From the NCBI GenBank assembly GCA_964016885.1, contig OZ024749.1, positions 43,524,001 through 43,588,000 of the forward strand: a stretch of 64,000 nt of DNA. Direction: 5' to 3'. The notes beneath the pieces are model-generated. The model had not been told where the DNA came from, did not search any database, and worked only from the letters and a program-made list of their open reading frames with translations. This DNA comes from Eledone cirrhosa (lineage: Eukaryota). Shown piece after piece: positions 57,935 to 64,000 of the stretch. The translations under genes were made by a program, and so were the position numbers. Positions within the stretch are counted from its first letter, which is position 1. Every line of letters starts with the position of its first letter.

Positions 57935-58089
57935 CGAAGGAAATGTGGTAAGGAACCAGTTGGACCATAACGCACCAAAGTACTCAATACTTAGGGTAGT
58001 AGAGTAGGTAATAGGAACGAGTAGGACCCCGACGGCTGAGCTCAAGCCGTCGAAACGGCTTGAGCTCAGCCGTCGGGGTCCTACTCGTT

Positions 58090-58094
<5 letters not shown>
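57931..58094 (-). mobile_element. Family A, copy 6, with a 40-bp perfect foldback
   Basis: Arms 58011-58050 and 58055-58094, loop cgaa. Confidence 0.88.
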
Positions 58095-58149
<55 letters not shown>

Positions 58150-58165
58150 TATATACACGCACACG

Positions 58166-58196
<31 letters not shown>

Positions 58197-58419
58197 TAAT
58201 TAGTAGTTTCTGTTGTTTGTTTGTTGTTTCTCAATTTAAGGTTTCAAAATAAAACATCTCATTCCCTGATGATGTTTTTTTCACTTGGAACACAACCTGT
58301 AATTGGTTAATTAGATCTGAAGGTCTGTCGTGTTGGTCTAATTTACTAATATGGTAGAAAGAATGTGTGTGGGGCGGGGGTAAAGTGGGAGTGAACTGGA
58401 CGTGTGTGTGAGAGGAGGA

Positions 58420-59106
58420 AGAAGAGTGTGCGAGAGAGACGGGGGGGGAGGAGTAGGAGAGATGGGTGAAAGAAGCGACAGAGATGAGGGAAAGCTAAAG
58501 GGAGAGCAGTATGTGAGAGAGACGGGAGGGAAGGAGTGAGAGAGATCAAAGGAAGGAGTGAGAGAAGCGAGAGAGGAGTGTGCGAGAGAGAGAGAGAGAG
58601 AGAAGGGAGAGGAGTGTGTGAGAGAGACGGTGGGAAGCATTGAGAGAGAAGGGGAGGTTTATTTAGCAATAAATTAACCACAATAAACATGGACAATGGA
58701 GATATCAGGTAGTAATATAAAACTTAAAACAAATAATATTAATAATTGTTTCTAGTTTTGGCACAAGGCCAGCAAATACCCAGTGCATTACGGGTACTTT
58801 ATTTTATCGACCCCATAAGGATGAAAGGTAAAGTTAACGTCGACGGGATTTGAACTCAGACCGTAAAGGGACGTAACTATGCTAGAAAGCATGGCGTCAA
58901 ACCCTCTACCGATACTGTCAATAATAGACACCAGCTAAACTTTAATTGACTTAAAAACTTCCTTCGGAATGAACGCCTTCTAATGAGGGATCAATGCAAT
59001 CATAGAATATATTACAGATCAGCAGTATTACTAGCCCTACCACCACCACCACCACCATCATCACAGCCAGCATTAGCACCACCATCATATCAACAGTTGT
59101 ATAATA
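58420..59106 (-). repeat. Inverted segmental duplicate of ~23002-23460, including a SINE at 58742-58920
   Basis: Unique flanks match on both sides of the SINE (acaactgttgatatgatgg..ctgctgatct; ttgttttaagttttatattactacctgatat..gctaaataaacctcccc). Confidence 0.9.
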
Positions 59107-59639
59107 ATCTTCTGAGATGGTTAGTAAGTCGGACGTCAGATTAGTTGAAAACACGAAAAACCTTAATTATTATCAATTATTATGAAATGGTGGGTTGAAG
59201 CGTTAGAAGTCCTACATAGGGACGGTGGTTGTGGTGGTGGGGTGTGTAGGGGGGGGGGTCTAATTTAAACATTTTTTCAAGGTAAAATACAGAAAAAAAA
59301 ATTTGGTTTGGTCCATGCTATGTGGTTATAAAACAAATCGCTCTAGAGATCACTTCTCCCCAGAGAATCTAATAATCGTAGAATATTCGGATTTAATATA
59401 TGAAGCATTCAAGTGATTAAAGAAGATAATATTAAGAAGAAAGATTGTGATGAGAAGTTCACAGAAATTGTTGGGTATTTTGAAAAGGGGTTCAAACTAA
59501 AATTCATGTACATGTCATTGTTGGGTACATGAACAACTTAGAAAGACTAAGTATATATACACATCATATATATATATATATAGTATATATATATATATAT
59601 TTATATATAAATATATATATATATATTTATATGATAAAA

Positions 59640-59758
59640 TAAAACAAGGACGAGTAGTTACTCCTTCATTACGTTTATTGTTGGTGACGCGCGTTTCGTT
59701 ATTGATCAGCTCAAGGTTCGATCTGTACCGATCAAGCCCGACTCTGTAATCAACTGCT

Positions 59759-59762
<4 letters not shown>
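59640..59762 (-). mobile_element. Family K, copy 2
   Basis: Minus strand: agatcgaaccttgagctgatcaataacGAAACGCGCGTCaccaacaataaa, between (TA)n tracts. Confidence 0.75.
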
Positions 59763-59835
<73 letters not shown>

Positions 59836-60169
59836 AATGTTTATTTTATTTTAAAAACATTTTTATACCATTTCTATATTATTTGGGAGTTGTGATGTCA
59901 ATTAGAAGAAAACGTATATATATATATATATATATATGCTCAAAATCCGCAGTGGTTAACTTTGAGCTCCCTTAATTTTGTGGTTGATAAATAAAGTACG
60001 AGTCTAGAGCGGTGTACCAGCGGAATTGGGAGATTTGATGTTTTATTGTATTAGTTCTGGTTCTTTAACCTCCATTCATTAGAGCGCTAGATTTTGTGGA
60101 ATCTTGTTCAGCCTATGGCTTTCTGAATTCGCATCCAATGCTACATATGCTAAGGTGTAACCTCGATGT

Positions 60170-60522
60170 AACCTCGTAGTAGCCCAGTTAAATTTGTATA
60201 GATGGGATCTTTAACAATATCAATGTGATAGGACTGAAGTCCTTATCAGTAAAACCTCGCAGAAGCCTCTTCTGAGATGCATGCTCGTAGGAGAACTGTT
60301 AGACTTGCATAGATGAGAACTACATTAACACGATACGACTTTAGCCCTTATAAGTAAAATCTCAAAGAAGCCTCATCTGAGATGGAAGCTCGTTGGAGGT
60401 CAGTTAGACTCGCATAGATCACAGCTACAACATGATAGGGTTGGGGTCCTTGTCGGTAAAATCTCAGAGAAGATTCTTCTGGGATACAACCTCGTTAAAC
60501 GTCAGTTAAACGTGCATAAGTG
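60170..60522. repeat. Old tandem array, about 3.5 diverged units of ~103 bp
   Basis: Recurring gatag..cctt..gtaaaa(c/t)ctc..agaag..tctgagat..ctcgt..gttaga..gcataga at ~60228, 60331 and 60434. Confidence 0.8.
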
Positions 60523-60965
60523 GAGAGGGTAAATTTAGTTTTTTTCCATTGTTTTTCAGGATTCACCTACCTAGTCCTAAATAACTACAACACAAACACA
60601 ACGTCAAAATAACTTAATTATCAAGAGTAAGGACAACTATAATATCAAATACAACCACAACGTCAAACAACAACAACAACAACACATCTACATAAAGCAA
60701 AGAAATGTACGAGTTTCGACTAGAAAGATAAAATGGATGGACTGTAGACACATATAACCCCTCACACCATGATGGACTGTAGATACATATAACCCCTCAT
60801 TCCGTGAACATCTGATGCATTCACATGAGGCCAACTAAACAACTTTAATTGACTTAAAAACTTCCTTCGGAATGAACGCCTTCTAATGAGGGATCAATGC
60901 AATCATAGAATATATTACAGATCTAGAAGGCTCCCTTAAAGTACACATTCACATACACACATGTG

Positions 60966-60999
<34 letters not shown>

Positions 61000-61011
61000 T
61001 ATAGGTGTGAC

Positions 61012-61043
<32 letters not shown>

Positions 61044-61045
61044 CA

Positions 61046-61134
<89 letters not shown>

Positions 61135-61173
61135 TATATATAGATATATATATATATATATATATATACAGTA

Positions 61174-61211
<38 letters not shown>

Positions 61212-61242
61212 CAGTTTATATATATATATATATATATATACA

Positions 61243-61277
<35 letters not shown>

Positions 61278-61292
61278 TGTGAGTGTGTGTGT

Positions 61293-61452
<160 letters not shown>

Positions 61453-61580
61453 GTAGTTTAGAAAGCCACAACAATGCAGATGGGAAATCTCGAGGTAGGA
61501 AGTGAGTGAGAAATAGGAGAAAAGTGAAAAATGAGAGAAACGAAAACAAGACAAAGGTAGAAGGGTTACCGTAGTGGAGA

Positions 61581-61624
61581 TTTAATCCCAATATTTCGGG
61601 CTCACGCCCATCAACGGGGGTAAA
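61581..61624 (-). other. Decayed minimal hammerhead motif
   Basis: Minus strand: tttaccc-CCGTTGA-t-GGGC-GTGA-GCCC-GAAA-tatt-gggattaaa. Perfect stem II with a GNRA loop, but a mutated core. Confidence 0.45.
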
Positions 61625-61772
61625 GTTCCAAAAGGGGGGGAACAGGCCAAGCCGGAGAAAGTTGTTGTATTGTCGTTAAAACACATATGTATATAGGTGT
61701 ATGTGTATGTTTATATATATATATACACACACTCTTACACACACAAACATACATACATACATACATACATAC

Positions 61773-62385
61773 ATGGTGGCTGCCAACTCGTTTTCGAGTA
61801 CGGCCACTACTTTATATCCATGTAGGAGAACCCCTACTGATGCGCTGAACGAGTGTGACTTTTTAGTCCAGCCAGCGACTTGAAAGCTCTGGTACAAACA
61901 CTACACTTGTGACAATTATTGACACATAGTGCTGGGCCCATGGTACCATGTGACGACAAATGCAGAGAGATCTCCAGATATAAAGCAATGCCTGTGCCGT
62001 GAAGCTTTTATAGTGAGCAAAGGCACTGCACAAAGCCAGTCCCACTCTCTTAACCAAGATGATATTTACCAAAAAGAAGAACAAGTCAACATCATTGGAT
62101 ACCATCAGGGTTGCAGGTGTTATATCAGAGTTTTCCTTCTCCTAGAATTCTGCCTTGACAAAGGCTAAGGGGTCATCTCTCCCGGTGATTTTGGATGGCC
62201 ATTGACTCTTAAGAGCTCCTTTGCCTTTTGACAGGTTTTGTTTTTAGTCCTGCAGGATGTCCAAAGTCACCCTCCTCACCAAGAAACCTTGGTGGGGTTG
62301 CCAGTTTAGTCGCCAACGACCCGACCATGGGACAGGTTGTACTGGAATACATGTTACCAGTAGCACCAACTGGTGACCTGACATA
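61773..62385 (-). mobile_element. Non-autonomous element resembling an RTE LINE 5'UTR, inserted in (TATG)n
   Basis: Minus strand has gtcgttggcgactaaa near its 5' end and ctaggagaaggaaaactctga, both recalled as RTE 5'-region motifs. (TATG)n lies on both sides. No RT ORF. Confidence 0.55.
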
Positions 62386-62536
62386 ATACATACATACATA
62401 CATACATACATACATACATACATACATACATACATACATACATACACAGCAGACTTCGACACAGTTTCAAAACTATATATATATTTATTTATTTATACAG
62501 TTTCAAAACTATATATATATTTATTTATTTATTATT

Positions 62537-62677
<141 letters not shown>

Positions 62678-63240
62678 GCATGTGTGTGTGTGCATATATA
62701 TACGTGTGTATACTTACGTTTCCCTATGTGTCTGTGTTTATTTGTTTCAAGTAGACAATACAGAAGTAAAATTTACACTGATAACTCTGTCTCGGAATAA
62801 TATGGTAGCCATTGAAAAAAGATAGCTAATATACCATTAGTTGTTGTTGTTGTTGTTTTGACTATTATTATTTCTATATGTATATACAGCTATGATTTAT
62901 TACTACTAAAGCTGAAAGGATGACAAACGAAGCACAGGAAGAGTGTGTAAAGCGACATACAAATCTGTGAATAGCATGTAGAGAATATAAAAATACAAAT
63001 GTTACAACATGGTTTCTTATTCTGGGCTAATAAAATGCGTATATGTAGTGAAAGCAAAGAAAATTGATTGTGAAGTGTATAAATAAGTAAATGGCTTAAA
63101 GATTATTCTATGTTGATGAAGAAATATGGAATGCAAACTGGTAAGATCACTTTTCAGAAATATTGCCTTCCTCACATATTTTTTTTAGATATGCTACTGA
63201 AATGAGTAAGTTATGGATGTATTATTAAAGGCAGGCAAAG

Positions 63241-63720
63241 TTGCATAGAGTTACGGCCTTTTACGATCTGAGTTCAAATCCCGGCGAGGTTAACTTTGCC
63301 TTTTACCCTTACGGGGTCGATAAAATAAAGTACCAGTCACGCACTGGGATCGATTTAATCGACTTTCCCCTTCCCCAAAATTGCTGGCCTTGTGCCTATA
63401 TAAGAATGGTAGTTATGGCGGTGGATTGACATTGTCAGTAGTGCGTCGGACAAAAGATGTTGCAGCTTTTATGTCCCTTTACAATCTTAGTTCAAATCTG
63501 GCCTTGTGCCTATATAAGAAACCATTATTAAAGGTGGATTGGCAGTATCGGTAGAGGGTCGGACGCCATGCTTTGCAGCACAGTTACGTCCCTTTACGGA
63601 CTGAGTTCAAATCTCGCCGAGGTTAACTTTGCCTTTCATCCTTACGGGGTCGATAAAATAAAGTACCAGTAATACACTGGGATAATTGCTGGCCTTGTGC
63701 CAAAAGTAGAAACAATCATT
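63241..63720 (+). mobile_element. Tandem cluster of three Meta-like SINE copies (the middle one internally deleted)
   Basis: Copies at ~63241-63407, 63417-63530 and 63533-63720. Confidence 0.9.
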
Positions 63721-64000
63721 AAAGGTAGGCGATATATAAAATATGTATCTAAATTTTCCTCGCACTCTTTGCAACCAATGCGACGTTTTTACACAAGGAA
63801 ATAAATGATAAGCATAGAGTAAATTTAATGTGTGTGATGTGTGTGTATGTGTGTTTGTCGTGTGTGTGTATGTGTGTTTGTGGGGGGGGGGGGGTATGTG
63901 TGTTTGTGGGGGGGTGTTTTGAATAGGTAAATTGATAGTCCGCAATGTACCAGCTTTAAGTTTTAAGTTTTACGGTGTCTCAGATCAAATCATTTATTCG

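Noticed and set aside
58262-58310. CTGATGA followed by a hairpin
   Set aside because: No GAAA box or cleavage triplet at the required position.

Overview
AT-rich, microsatellite-saturated eukaryotic DNA, most likely from an octopus or other coleoid cephalopod. That assignment is inferred from recalled octopus-type SINE and LINE motifs and was not checked against a database. No protein-coding gene can be supported: almost all listed ORFs are translations of (TA)n, (CA)n, (GA)n, (AGT)n or (GGT)n repeats or of minisatellites. The window contains: about 25 copies of a tRNA-derived SINE with a Meta-like central domain, often in tandem clusters; several CORE-type SINE fragments; two RTE-clade LINE 3' fragments (one young with an 11-bp TSD); an RTE-5'UTR-derived non-autonomous element; a probable Tx1/L1 3' end inside (GATA)n; three Tc1/mariner-type MITEs; and 31-, 66- and 42-bp minisatellites. 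The most striking structure is a set of about 10 unrelated families of short (100-350 bp) inserts sitting inside (TA)n tracts. Many carry complete or half minimal type-I hammerhead ribozyme motifs and fold back on themselves as copy-specific inverted repeats, and some break at or next to the predicted cleavage site. These look like pseudo-LTR remnants of (AT)n-targeting Penelope-like retroelements or retrozymes. Also visible are an inverted segmental duplication that records the birth of the 66-bp minisatellite, and two local templated insertions.
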